Source: a virus (Duplodnaviria > Heunggongvirae > Uroviricota > Caudoviricetes). From it: a stretch of 17,672 nucleotides of DNA. The notes under the pieces were generated by a model. The model did no database searches. It was not told the DNA's origin and saw only the letters and a program-made list of their open reading frames with translations. The stretch lies in the IMG/VR virus record IMGVR_UViG_2529292998_000008; one strand, written 5' to 3'. Shown one piece after another: positions 7,974 to 16,167 of this stretch. Each line of letters opens with the position of its first letter. Positions within the stretch are counted from its first letter, which is position 1. Both the position numbers and the translations under genes were made by a program.

Positions 7974-8573
7974 ATGCAAATTGGCTATGTTCGTGTGTCA
8001 ACAAATGACCAGAACACGGATTTACAACGCAATGCACTGAACTGCGCAGGATGTGAACTGATTTTTGAAGATAAAATCAGCGGAACGAAATCAGCCAGAC
8101 CGGGATTGAAAAAACTGCTCAGAACGCTATCAGAAGGAGATACGCTGGTTGTCTGGAAGCTGGACAGACTGGGCAGAAGTATGAAACACCTGATCACGCT
8201 TATTGAGGAATTGCGGGAAAAAGGTGTTAATTTCCGTAGTCTGACGGACAGCATTGACACATCAACACCCATGGGGCGTTTCTTTTTTCACGTCATGGGG
8301 GCTTTAGCCGAAATGGAACGTGAATTAATTGTAGAGCGTACACTGGCCGGGCTGGCAGCAGCACGCGCACAAGGACGCATTGGCGGACGTCGCCCGAAGT
8401 TGACAAAAGAACAACACGAGCAAATAGCGAGGCTGATTAAAAACGGTCATGACAGGAAACAACTGGCGATCATTTACGACATCGGCATATCGACGATTTA
8501 TCGTTATCACCCTGTAGGCGATATACAGGCTGAAGAAACAACCAGGCAGACTCAGGAAAATGAAAACCGCTAA
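7974..8573 (+). CDS. Site-specific DNA invertase, serine recombinase of the Hin/Gin/Cin/Pin family
   Basis: N-terminus MQIGYVRVSTNDQNTDLQRNAL with catalytic Ser in the VRVST motif; C-terminal HTH (GISTIYRY); GAGGA RBS 8 nt before ATG 7974; the ORF-track start at 7779 is an upstream in-frame extension. Confidence 0.9.
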   Translation: MQIGYVRVSTNDQNTDLQRNALNCAGCELIFEDKISGTKSARPGLKKLLRTLSEGDTLVVWKLDRLGRSMKHLITLIEELREKGVNFRSLTDSIDTSTPMGRFFFHVMGALAEMERELIVERTLAGLAAARAQGRIGGRRPKLTKEQHEQIARLIKNGHDRKQLAIIYDIGISTIYRYHPVGDIQAEETTRQTQENENR

Positions 8574-8592
8574 TCTGACCATTAGCGGTTTT
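8562..8592. terminator. Bidirectional intrinsic terminator between convergent invertase and U
   Basis: Perfect inverted repeat AAAACCGCTAAT-CTGACC-ATTAGCGGTTTT, with A-run on one side and T-run on the other. Confidence 0.6.
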
Positions 8593-8599
8593 GCGTTAA

Positions 8600-9094
8600 T
8601 CAAAACAGCCCTTTAACGGAGCTGGCCGCGCTGTTAAGGGATGATGTGACCTTATCTTTGAAGCCGGACAGCATATCACTGAACGATGAGGATTGCAGGC
8701 GCTCCCGCAAATCCTCATCACAGCGTTCAAGAGTCAGTGAAAACTCTATCTTTTTCGCCTTACCGTAGCGATCAAACTCGGAGCGGGTCGTATTCGTTCC
8801 GGTCAGGACATACATGCCGTAAATCTGCCCGACACCATCAATCAGAGGCCAGGGGCGTCCTGTATATGCCTGCGTGGTCAGCAACGAAAGCGACACTTCG
8901 CCACCTGTAATTTCAGGATAAAGCACACCAGAAAGAACGATGCGATCATCGCCTGCCCCGATATACTGCCAGCTTGCTGAACGGTTAACGCGTTCATTTT
9001 TCACATGCCGCCAGCTTTTGTTTTGCTGTAACTGCTGATGCGGCAACGTACGCAGCTCAAAAACAAACATGCCGTAGATCATCATCATGGCCAT
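8600..9094 (-). CDS. U: Tail protein U, P2 gpU-like
   Basis: 164 aa; recognisable similarity to P2 gpU (…GMFVFxxxTLPHQ…GVLYPExTGG…WPLxDGxGxIYGMYV…). Confidence 0.85.
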   Translation of the reverse strand: MAMMMIYGMFVFELRTLPHQQLQQNKSWRHVKNERVNRSASWQYIGAGDDRIVLSGVLYPEITGGEVSLSLLTTQAYTGRPWPLIDGVGQIYGMYVLTGTNTTRSEFDRYGKAKKIEFSLTLERCDEDLRERLQSSSFSDMLSGFKDKVTSSLNSAASSVKGLF

Positions 9095-9100
9095 GACTCC

Positions 9101-11917
9101 TCAATCTTTATCGTAAAAACTGCCACGCCCGGCACGGGCGCGCCGTTCCATTTCTGCCCTGACCATTTCACCGACCAGTTTCGCCAGTTCGCGGGGATTC
9201 TGCGTAACAACGTTATGCAGATGAACATGAATTTCACCACCAAATCCGGAGGCAACAGGCTCCCGGTTACGGGAAGTTACAGGAACTGATGCCACTGGAG
9301 ATCGTATGGCCTCCGCCACCGGGCGGGAGCTGGCCGCAACAACAGGGACCAGCGCCGGAGGCAGCGGAGCCGGGACCACGGGGGTGATATTCATTGCGGG
9401 GGCAGGCTTACTGACCTGTGCAATCTTCCGCTCCTGCCACTCCCCACGAACAGCAAGTGCGCGGGGCAGGTTCTTAAAGACAATATCGCCGGGGCCAATA
9501 CGTTTTTTTGTCTCATCAACCAGCTTACCTGTGTTATCAGCAATTTTGCTGAGTCTGCGTAGCGTGCCGGTATTGCTGTCTGTGAGCGGTTTGTTGTCTT
9601 TGGGTTTATCGCCTCCGGTGCCATTGCCATTTTCCGCAGACTTCGGCGGATTGATTTTCGCAATGTCTCCCTGAAACAGAGCAACCTTGTCCTGAAGAAT
9701 GGCCGCACGCTGTGCGTCTTCGATTTTCTTTCTCGCCCTTTCCGCTTCATCCGGAAGCACACCGAGTTTTTCAAGTATCCACGCCAGCGTATCCAGCAAC
9801 ATTTTTGCAGGCGTCAGAACAAGCTGTAGCGCGCCACCAAGAGCGTTACCGAATATCTCGCCAGCACTGGTACATTTATCCAGCGTTTCCTTGCTGGACT
9901 CCATCGGTGACAGCAGCGATTTAAACCAGTTAAACACCTGGCTGATCCCGCTTCCGATTGCGTCAAAAACAGGACCAAACCGTTCAAAGGTTTCACGCAA
10001 CGGGTTCAGCCTTTCCATAATCCCGCTGAACACCCCGGCAAAAAATGCCCTGATGGGATCCCAGTATTTCCAGATAAGAACGGCAGCTCCGGCAAGCGCA
10101 GCCACGATAAGACCAACCGGACTGAACAGCGCCCCGATAGCGCCTCCCAGCAAAGAAACGGAACCCGTCACCATTCCCCACAGCGCAGGCAACACCCTGA
10201 CGACATTCATTGACCGGGTAAGAATGTCAAAACCAAGACGCAGGGTGGCCAGCTTCCCGTAAAGCACCCCAATAACCAGTGACAACGAGCCAATCGTTGC
10301 AGTCATTGCCAGCAACGCACCGCCTGCTATCAGTAGCTGGCGCGTCAGTACCGGATGGGCCTGCGCCAGCGAGGTGATTTTTTCAAGCACCCGCGTGAGC
10401 CACTGCGTGACAGAACGCAGCGGACCGTCAACCAGATCACTGATGCGAATACGAAGACCTTCCCATGCGCTGTCGAGATTTTTCAGGTCCCCATCAAGAT
10501 TATCGGCCATTACTTTTGCAACGCGATCGGCCTCTCCCCTTGCCCCCTGCAATTCTCTGGTCAGTTTTTGCAGCTCTCCTGAACCAGCCGCCGCAACAAG
10601 CGTCTGCAAACCAACGAACGCCTCTTCTCCGGCGATGTCCTTGAAGAAGGAGACCTGGTCCACCTGTCCGTATTTTTGTGTCGCCTTATAGAGATCAAGC
10701 AGCACATCCTCCATCGGGCGCATTTTGCCTCTGGCGTCAGCAACTGACACCCCCAGCTCTTTCAGTGCATCAGCCGCAGCTTTTGGCGGTGATGCAAGGC
10801 GGGACAGACTTGCGCGCATGGCCGTGCCAGCATCGCTTCCGCGAAGACCATTATTGGCAAGCATCCCGGCCATAGCCGCCGCTTCTTCAAGACTGATACC
10901 AAGTTTTGCGGCAACCGGACCGGTATACTTCATGGTTTCGCCCAGCGCGCGTAAATCAGTATTGGTCCGGGTGAATGCCGCTGTCAGCGTATCGCCAACC
11001 CGGTCCATTTGATCGGCTGTCAGGTTGAACTGTGTGAGGATATTGGAGCCTATATCCGCCGTCTCGCCGAGTTCGACGCCACCTGCCAGCGCCATATTAA
11101 GAACACCGGGCAATGCGGCCTGAATGGCCTGCGGAGTAAAACCAGCCATTGCCAGAAAGCTCTGCCCACTGGCGGCATCACTCGCAGTAAACTGTGTTTC
11201 AGAGCCAAGTTTTAACGCCTGCTCACGCAGCGCCTTAAACTGCGGGCTGTTTTTGTCGATTCGCGTCAGTGCCTGAACGCGGGACATCTCTTTGCCGAAC
11301 CCGATCGCAGGCTGCAAAAAACGCCCGGCAGCATAGCCGCCCGCCGCTGCCGCACCAATTGCCAGCGCACCACCTGTTTTCAGTTTTCCCGCGGTTTCCT
11401 GCGCGCGCGAATACCGCTCACGCGCCCGCGTTACACGCGCAAGCGCCTGCCGTTCGCGTTCAAGCTGGTTGTTGTACTGTTCGGTGCGTCTGATGGCCTG
11501 CTGGATGGTGTTATCGCTGCCTGTCAGGGAAATGCCGTGGCGTTTCAGCTCTCCGCCAAGCTCCCGCATTTTCTGAATTTCCCGTGTGCGCGATTCATTC
11601 AGGCGTTCAAGCCGGGTGCTTAACTGCTGCATCAGCTTTTGTTGTTTTTCGCTGAGCACTGTACCCGTGCGTTGTAACTGATTAAGGGCGTTAAGCTGGC
11701 GTCGTGCTTTCACGATACCCGCATCCGCTTTACTGACAGCGTCGCGGGCGCGCTCAAATGATCGCGCCTGACGCTCGAGATTTTTGATCGCCCCCTGCGT
11801 TCGCTGGATGGAGTCACCAAACTGCCCCATCAGGCGGCGGGCGTTTTCGGCAGGCCGGGTCAGCCTGTCAACGGCGCTGAAAGCGACCCGGATATCAAGA
11901 GTCTTCATTGTCTGCAT
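9101..11917 (-). CDS. T: Tail tape measure protein T
   Basis: ~940 aa, coiled-coil-rich N-part and hydrophobic central segment; between E' and U. Start ambiguous: first ATG at 11917, in-frame GTG at 11944. Confidence 0.85.
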   Translation of the reverse strand: MQTMKTLDIRVAFSAVDRLTRPAENARRLMGQFGDSIQRTQGAIKNLERQARSFERARDAVSKADAGIVKARRQLNALNQLQRTGTVLSEKQQKLMQQLSTRLERLNESRTREIQKMRELGGELKRHGISLTGSDNTIQQAIRRTEQYNNQLERERQALARVTRARERYSRAQETAGKLKTGGALAIGAAAAGGYAAGRFLQPAIGFGKEMSRVQALTRIDKNSPQFKALREQALKLGSETQFTASDAASGQSFLAMAGFTPQAIQAALPGVLNMALAGGVELGETADIGSNILTQFNLTADQMDRVGDTLTAAFTRTNTDLRALGETMKYTGPVAAKLGISLEEAAAMAGMLANNGLRGSDAGTAMRASLSRLASPPKAAADALKELGVSVADARGKMRPMEDVLLDLYKATQKYGQVDQVSFFKDIAGEEAFVGLQTLVAAAGSGELQKLTRELQGARGEADRVAKVMADNLDGDLKNLDSAWEGLRIRISDLVDGPLRSVTQWLTRVLEKITSLAQAHPVLTRQLLIAGGALLAMTATIGSLSLVIGVLYGKLATLRLGFDILTRSMNVVRVLPALWGMVTGSVSLLGGAIGALFSPVGLIVAALAGAAVLIWKYWDPIRAFFAGVFSGIMERLNPLRETFERFGPVFDAIGSGISQVFNWFKSLLSPMESSKETLDKCTSAGEIFGNALGGALQLVLTPAKMLLDTLAWILEKLGVLPDEAERARKKIEDAQRAAILQDKVALFQGDIAKINPPKSAENGNGTGGDKPKDNKPLTDSNTGTLRRLSKIADNTGKLVDETKKRIGPGDIVFKNLPRALAVRGEWQERKIAQVSKPAPAMNITPVVPAPLPPALVPVVAASSRPVAEAIRSPVASVPVTSRNREPVASGFGGEIHVHLHNVVTQNPRELAKLVGEMVRAEMERRARAGRGSFYDKD

Positions 11918-12424
11918 TCCCGCTGCGAAGTGCCGCCCGCTCACGCCAGCTAACCACTTCGCCGGGCGTCATCATGAAGATTTCGGCGGGCGACCAGTTA
12001 AAAATGGCGGCAATATCCGCCACAAAGTCTTCTATGTGCTCAAAGCACACAACCGTGATCAGGCTTCCGTCGCCTGTTCGCTCTTCCCGCCAGAGTCCGC
12101 ACCGCTCAAAAAATTTACGGCAACCACACATAACTGAATAAAATCACGGGATGCCATTTTTTTGATCGTCACTTCATCCAGTCGTGGCGAGGTCACGCGT
12201 GACAGCAGCGTAAACATGGATTCCGCTTTCAGATTCAGCACATCAGACAGCGACAAATCTCGCAGAGATCCAGCCTGCTCAATAGCCCCGGTGATCTCCA
12301 CATACGTGATTTTTTCGCCGCCTCGCTCAATTGGTTGGGTAAGTTTTACGCCACGCTCACTGGTTTCTTTCACAGTGTCAGTAACTACCGTGTTTTCGGT
12401 ATCGATGTTTTTCGTCTCTTTCAT
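11895..12424 (-). CDS. E': Tail assembly chaperone E+E' (product of a programmed -1 frameshift)
   Basis: The -1 frame downstream of a T-TTT-TTG slippery heptamer (plus-strand 12107-12113) stays open to 11895 and overlaps the T start, as in P2 E/E' and lambda G/GT. Confidence 0.7.
12059..12424 (-). CDS. E: Tail assembly chaperone E
   Basis: 121 aa; AAAGGAG RBS before the ATG at 12424; lies between FII and T. Confidence 0.8.
   Translation of the reverse strand: MKETKNIDTENTVVTDTVKETSERGVKLTQPIERGGEKITYVEITGAIEQAGSLRDLSLSDVLNLKAESMFTLLSRVTSPRLDEVTIKKMASRDFIQLCVVAVNFLSGADSGGKSEQATEA
12107..12113 (-). promoter_or_regulatory. Slippery heptamer for the E to E' -1 ribosomal frameshift
   Basis: Minus-strand sequence AAT-TTT-TTG-AGC in the E frame. 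Confidence 0.6.
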
Positions 12425-12478
12425 CAGGAAACTCCTTTCAGTCAGAGGCGACGCACTGCGCCGCCTGCATATTACTTA

Positions 12479-12991
12479 TCAGCCAAGCCCGAGCGCGGAA
12501 CGGATGCGATCGGGCACAATGTCCTTGCCGTCCTTCCGGTAGATGTGGTTCAACAGGTCGATTTCCCACAGCGGGCGATCGTTAACGCTCAGCTTGTAGT
12601 AGGTGTTTTTGACAGCGTAAGTGTGTGATGTGGCTTCGCCCTGTTTGGCCTCCCCCATATCAATTTCCGTCACACGCCCGCGCATCTCGATTTCATACAG
12701 ATCGCTTTCTGCATCGGTGTAGTATTCACCCGCAAAACGCAGCAGCGTGCCGTCAATCGTGCCGCCATATTTAAGGAACAGCGCACGAACAGCTCCCCCC
12801 ATGACAAAGCTCGCATCAAGCGCGGAGTCGTCCAGACCGAGATCAATACTTACCGCCCCCATCATGCCACCACCCCGGTAGCTGTCGGTTTTGCGCGTCA
12901 GCTTAGGCAGAGTGACGGACGTCACCTTACCCACTTCGTTTTCACCATCCACAAACAGCGTAAAAAAGCGAAGATGTTTTGGTACAGCCAT
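12479..12991 (-). CDS. FII: Tail tube protein FII
   Basis: 170 aa; recognisable similarity to P2 FII (…VTLPKLTRK…YRGxGM…DLGLDD…RFAG…MRG…EIDxGExKQGE…). Confidence 0.9.
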   Translation of the reverse strand: MAVPKHLRFFTLFVDGENEVGKVTSVTLPKLTRKTDSYRGGGMMGAVSIDLGLDDSALDASFVMGGAVRALFLKYGGTIDGTLLRFAGEYYTDAESDLYEIEMRGRVTEIDMGEAKQGEATSHTYAVKNTYYKLSVNDRPLWEIDLLNHIYRKDGKDIVPDRIRSALGLG

Positions 12992-14175
12992 CAGGCACCT
13001 CCCAGCACCGCAAATGCGGGACCAAAGAATTCATCAGTAAACGTCTGGTAAAGCTCCATGTCTTCCAGTGGCGGAACGGGCGTATATTTGTAGCGAATAC
13101 GCACACGTCCCTGACGTAAATCCGTGGTGCCGTTATCCACCACGTCATACCAGCACTCCGCGCCAATCAGTTTCCCGGCAGTAACCAGCGAATCCAGTTT
13201 TGCCCTGATGGCACTGATAACATCCTTCACGTTCGCAGGCGTCAGTGGACTGTCGATGGTTTCAAACTGCGCTTCCGCAATTGAATCAGCCAGCACCTGT
13301 GCGGTTCGGGTATACACCTCAAAGATGTAGGCGTTCGTTTCCGGTGTGCGGTTGCCCCAGAAGCGGAACCCGTTACGACGAATAATGGTCGTGATTTCTT
13401 TGTTGTTGAGGCTGTTGGCATCACTGTCTTCGGCCTGTAACGACCAGAACACATGCCTCGACATCCCCAGCACATTTTTAACCGGAACGTTGGACAGCGA
13501 TTTGTGCCAGCCCTGCTCATGGTCAATGTACGCACGAAGGCCGCACGCATAAGCAGGCGCGGGGAACGTTTCGTTTTTGCCACTTTTCGGGTTGTAGGCG
13601 ATGAAGTCAGGCCATAAGAGCATCACCTCACGTTCGTTGAATTTCTGGCGGTAGGTAATCGCCTCAGCCATCGTGTTACAACCATGACATGCGGCATACA
13701 CAAACGCGCGCAGTTTACCCGCAATCACGCACAGGGATTTTGTCACCGCCTCCGTGTCCAGCTCCGGCGCGGCCAGAATACGCGGACGGTATCCGATGCT
13801 TTCATCCTGCTCTGCAACAAGCAGCGCATACATCCCCGTATAGCTGCCGTCAGATTCAGAACCACCGATAACCAGTTGATCCTGCGTCTTTCCGTTTTCT
13901 TCTTTGTGTTCAGCCACGCGAACGACGATCACCTTTGTGCTCACCTGGTCTGCGATGGCCTTAAGCGCACGATAAAGCGTCCCCGTTGTCCCGCATTTTC
14001 CCAGCACGTCATTGACGCGGGTCAGCAGTGTGGGCTTGTTCAGCGGGAACAGCTTCGCGTCCGCATCATCCGCCGTTGCCACGATACCGATAACGCTGGA
14101 ATCAACATCGTTAATCGCTGTTACCAGGTCGGTACTTTCCGTAACACGGGCACCATGAAAACGAGTTTCACTCAT
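12991..14175 (-). CDS. FI: Contractile tail sheath protein FI
   Basis: 394 aa; strong similarity to P2 FI (…DADAxxFPLNKP…WPDF…QGWHKxLSNV…GFRFWGNRT…YTPVPPLE…); AAGGGG RBS. Confidence 0.9.
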   Translation of the reverse strand: MSETRFHGARVTESTDLVTAINDVDSSVIGIVATADDADAKLFPLNKPTLLTRVNDVLGKCGTTGTLYRALKAIADQVSTKVIVVRVAEHKEENGKTQDQLVIGGSESDGSYTGMYALLVAEQDESIGYRPRILAAPELDTEAVTKSLCVIAGKLRAFVYAACHGCNTMAEAITYRQKFNEREVMLLWPDFIAYNPKSGKNETFPAPAYACGLRAYIDHEQGWHKSLSNVPVKNVLGMSRHVFWSLQAEDSDANSLNNKEITTIIRRNGFRFWGNRTPETNAYIFEVYTRTAQVLADSIAEAQFETIDSPLTPANVKDVISAIRAKLDSLVTAGKLIGAECWYDVVDNGTTDLRQGRVRIRYKYTPVPPLEDMELYQTFTDEFFGPAFAVLGGA

Positions 14176-14332
14176 AGCTTCAGCCCCTTGTATCCGTTAA
14201 ATGATTCGGCAACAATCATCACCCACCACGCGCGTAATCTCACCCCTGCGCCGTTCTCCCGCCACGGCGACAACAAAAAGCAGTAACCCCCTCCGCACGC
14301 ACATGCGACCATGCCGCACAGGGAGGGAGCAG
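14176..14332. promoter_or_regulatory. Divergent intergenic region between the FI operon (minus) and D-ogr (plus); presumed late promoters
   Basis: 157-bp non-coding gap between divergent start codons; no confident -35/-10 or Ogr-type TGT-N12-ACA motif found by eye. Confidence 0.35.
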
Positions 14333-15442
14333 ATGACCGACACCACCATGCAATTGCTCAGTCAGGGCACAGACCCCGTGAAAATGCCGGATTTTGATAT
14401 TCTCGCGGAGGGTAAAACGCTGTCAGGCGTGGCAGAGTGCCTGATGAGCCTGTCACTGACCGACAACCGGGGATTTGAGGCGGACCAGCTCACCATCACG
14501 CTGGATGATGCGGATGGTCAGTTGCAGCTACCGCCACGGGGCGCGCGCCTGACGGTTCTCATTGGCTGGAAAGGAGAACCGCTGACAGAAAAAGGCACTT
14601 ACATTGTTGATGAAATCGCTCACGAAGGACCGCCGGACAGGCTGACTGTTTCAGCCAGAAGCGCAGATTTTCGGGATGAATTTAACGTTAAACGTGAGGT
14701 GTCCTGGCATGATGTGACCGTTGAGCGTGTGGTATCCGCCATCGCTCATCGGTATGGTCTGAAACCGCAAATCAGCGAAATGCTGATGGATATCGAAATC
14801 GACCACGCCGACCAGACCGAAGAAAGCGACATGTCCTTCCTTACGCGCATGGCGGAAATGCTGGGCGCAATCACCACGGTAAAAAGCGGTAATCTGTTAT
14901 TCATCATGCCCGGCGGTGGCGTGAACGCACAGGGCCAGCCGTTGCCATCGTTTGCCATCACACGCAGCAGCGGCGATCGCCATCAGTTCCGCATTGCTGA
15001 CCGCGAAGCGTATACGGGGGTACGCGCTTACTGGCTTGATCTTAATTACGGGAAAAAGAAAAAAGTCAGCGTGAAACGCCGTAAACCGCCAAAACCCAAA
15101 AAGGAGAAAAGCAGCAGCCGTGAAGGTGATTATATGGAAGGCGCGGAAGGCAATGTGTTTGTGTTACGCAAGACTTATCAGAACGAGCAGACAGCAAGAC
15201 GCGCAGCGGCGGCAAAGTGGCAGCAACTACAACGCGGAGCCGCATCATTCTCCATCACGCTGGCGCGTGGACGTGCAGAACTCTACCCCGAAATGCATGG
15301 CACGGTAACAGGATTTAAAAGCGAGATTGATAATCAGGACTGGATCATTGCAAAAGCCGAGCACACCATTGATAACAGCGGTTTTACCACGCAGCTTGAG
15401 CTTGAGGCAAAAATCCCGGAATGGATAGCGGAAACAGAGTGA
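14333..15442 (+). CDS. D: Tail protein D
   Basis: 369 aa from the ATG at 14333, preceded by an AGGGAGGG RBS (the ORF track extends to 14201 but lacks an RBS there); position before ogr as in P2. Confidence 0.8.
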   Translation: MTDTTMQLLSQGTDPVKMPDFDILAEGKTLSGVAECLMSLSLTDNRGFEADQLTITLDDADGQLQLPPRGARLTVLIGWKGEPLTEKGTYIVDEIAHEGPPDRLTVSARSADFRDEFNVKREVSWHDVTVERVVSAIAHRYGLKPQISEMLMDIEIDHADQTEESDMSFLTRMAEMLGAITTVKSGNLLFIMPGGGVNAQGQPLPSFAITRSSGDRHQFRIADREAYTGVRAYWLDLNYGKKKKVSVKRRKPPKPKKEKSSSREGDYMEGAEGNVFVLRKTYQNEQTARRAAAAKWQQLQRGAASFSITLARGRAELYPEMHGTVTGFKSEIDNQDWIIAKAEHTIDNSGFTTQLELEAKIPEWIAETE

Positions 15443-15482
15443 GCAACTTAGAATAGGCAGCACCACGTTAAGGGAGGTCGCT

Positions 15483-15743
15483 ATGTTCCGTTGTCCGCTT
15501 TGTGGCGCATCTGCCCGTATCCGCACCAGTCGTTCGGAAAATGATTCAAACACCGTACGGAAAAAATATTACCAGTGTAACAACCTGGAATGCGGCATAA
15601 GTTTCTCAACACTGGAAGCTTTCCATAAATTCACATCGAAACACGCCCCCGGCGTTCACTCTTCAGAAGGTATCCCGTGGCATGAGTTGCCAGCTTCACA
15701 CAGGGGAAACAATCAGATGAGTTTGCCTTTATCTCAGAATTAA
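15483..15743 (+). CDS. ogr: Late-gene transcriptional activator, Ogr/Delta zinc-finger family
   Basis: 86 aa, MFRCPLCG…YYQCNNLECG… Cys-X2-Cys…Cys-X4-Cys motif like P2 Ogr; AGGGAGG RBS. Confidence 0.85.
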   Translation: MFRCPLCGASARIRTSRSENDSNTVRKKYYQCNNLECGISFSTLEAFHKFTSKHAPGVHSSEGIPWHELPASHRGNNQMSLPLSQN

Positions 15744-15763
15744 CAGGCAGAATTGCCGGAGTA

Positions 15764-15790
15764 ACAAAAACGCGATAGATTACGCGCGGG
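15764..15790 (-). terminator. Weak hairpin plus T-run on the minus strand; candidate 3' end of a Sok-like antisense RNA
   Basis: Minus strand reads CCCGCGCG-TAATCTAT-CGCG-TTTTT, directly upstream of the mok-like start. Confidence 0.3.
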
Positions 15791-15803
15791 TGCCTTTCGG
15801 CTG

Positions 15804-16016
15804 ATGGTCGGAGGGAATACCCGAAGGCCAGATGTGGAAAGGCCCCGGAAAACATCTCTGTTTAACCGAGGCCCTAACCGCATTACCTTGACAAGTGAAA
15901 GGTTAGCGCCTCTCCGGAAAAGGAGCAAGTGCTATGTCGCAAAAATCGCTTACGGCCATCACGTTCTGCGTGACGGCAATCCTCATCATCTGGATGCTGC
16001 ACGGTTCGCTGTGTGA
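15804..16016 (+). CDS. mok-like overlapping reading frame (modulator of hok translation)
   Basis: 70-codon ORF in a different frame that starts upstream of and overlaps the hok-like gene, as in hok/mok/sok loci. Confidence 0.4.
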   Translation: MVGGNTRRPDVERPRKTSLFNRGPNRITLTSERLAPLRKRSKCYVAKIAYGHHVLRDGNPHHLDAARFAV

Positions 16017-16074
16017 AATACGGATGAGTTTCTGGGGAGCGGAGTTTGCGGCGTTCTTACAGTGTAAGCAGTAA
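15934..16074 (+). CDS. hok: Hok/Gef-family type I toxin (small membrane peptide)
   Basis: 46 aa MSQKSLTAITFCVTAILIIWMLHGSLCEIRMSFWGAEFAAFLQCKQ: hydrophobic N-terminal helix then SLCEIR…AAF, matching Hok (…[21 protein letters not shown]…); AGGAG RBS 8 nt upstream. Confidence 0.75.
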   Translation: MSQKSLTAITFCVTAILIIWMLHGSLCEIRMSFWGAEFAAFLQCKQ

Positions 16075-16167
16075 GGAAACCGCGACGGGGAAGGCAACTT
16101 CCCCGTCAATCGGTTGCCAGGGTAAAGGTCGAAAAGACACCCTATTTCCAGTTGACGTGAACAACAA

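Larger units (their letters stand above)
4833..8573. mobile_element. Multiple-inversion (Min/shufflon-like) tail fiber tip region with five crossover sites and adjacent serine invertase
   Basis: Five copies of the same block (3 direct, 2 inverted) each starting a tail-fiber C-terminal cassette; invertase gene abuts the last site. Confidence 0.8.
1..15743 (+). mobile_element. P2-like prophage, late/tail gene region (partial; continues upstream of the window)
   Basis: Gene content and order R-S-V-W-J-I-H ... FI-FII-E/E'-T-U ... D-ogr recognised from translations; ogr is the last phage gene before the host serS flank. Confidence 0.8.

Noticed and set aside
7779-8573. The 264-aa ORF reported for the invertase, with a 65-aa N-terminal extension.
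   Set aside because: The extension is the antisense of cassette A and site s5; the conserved recombinase N-terminus (MQIGYVRVST) starts at ATG 7974, which has a proper RBS.
9306-11493. Many 60-190-aa ORFs on the plus strand within 9300-11500.
   Set aside because: All are antisense to the 940-aa tape measure gene; they are low-complexity, Ala/Ser/Pro-rich mirror frames of a GC-rich gene with no RBS.
13684-14286. A 200-aa plus-strand ORF overlapping the sheath gene.
   Set aside because: It is antisense to the well-supported FI sheath CDS, has no recognisable domain, and its 3' end would run through the FI/D divergent promoter region.
14176-14332. Ogr-type late promoter motif (TGT-N12-ACA) in the FI/D divergent region.
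   Set aside because: The only TGT…ACA pair seen (14189-14214) has a 20-nt spacer rather than 12, so no Ogr site is claimed.
15887-15916. TTGACA hexamer at 15888-15893 as a possible -35 element.
   Set aside because: No acceptable -10 hexamer at 16-18 bp spacing, and it lies inside the mok-like frame; likely chance.
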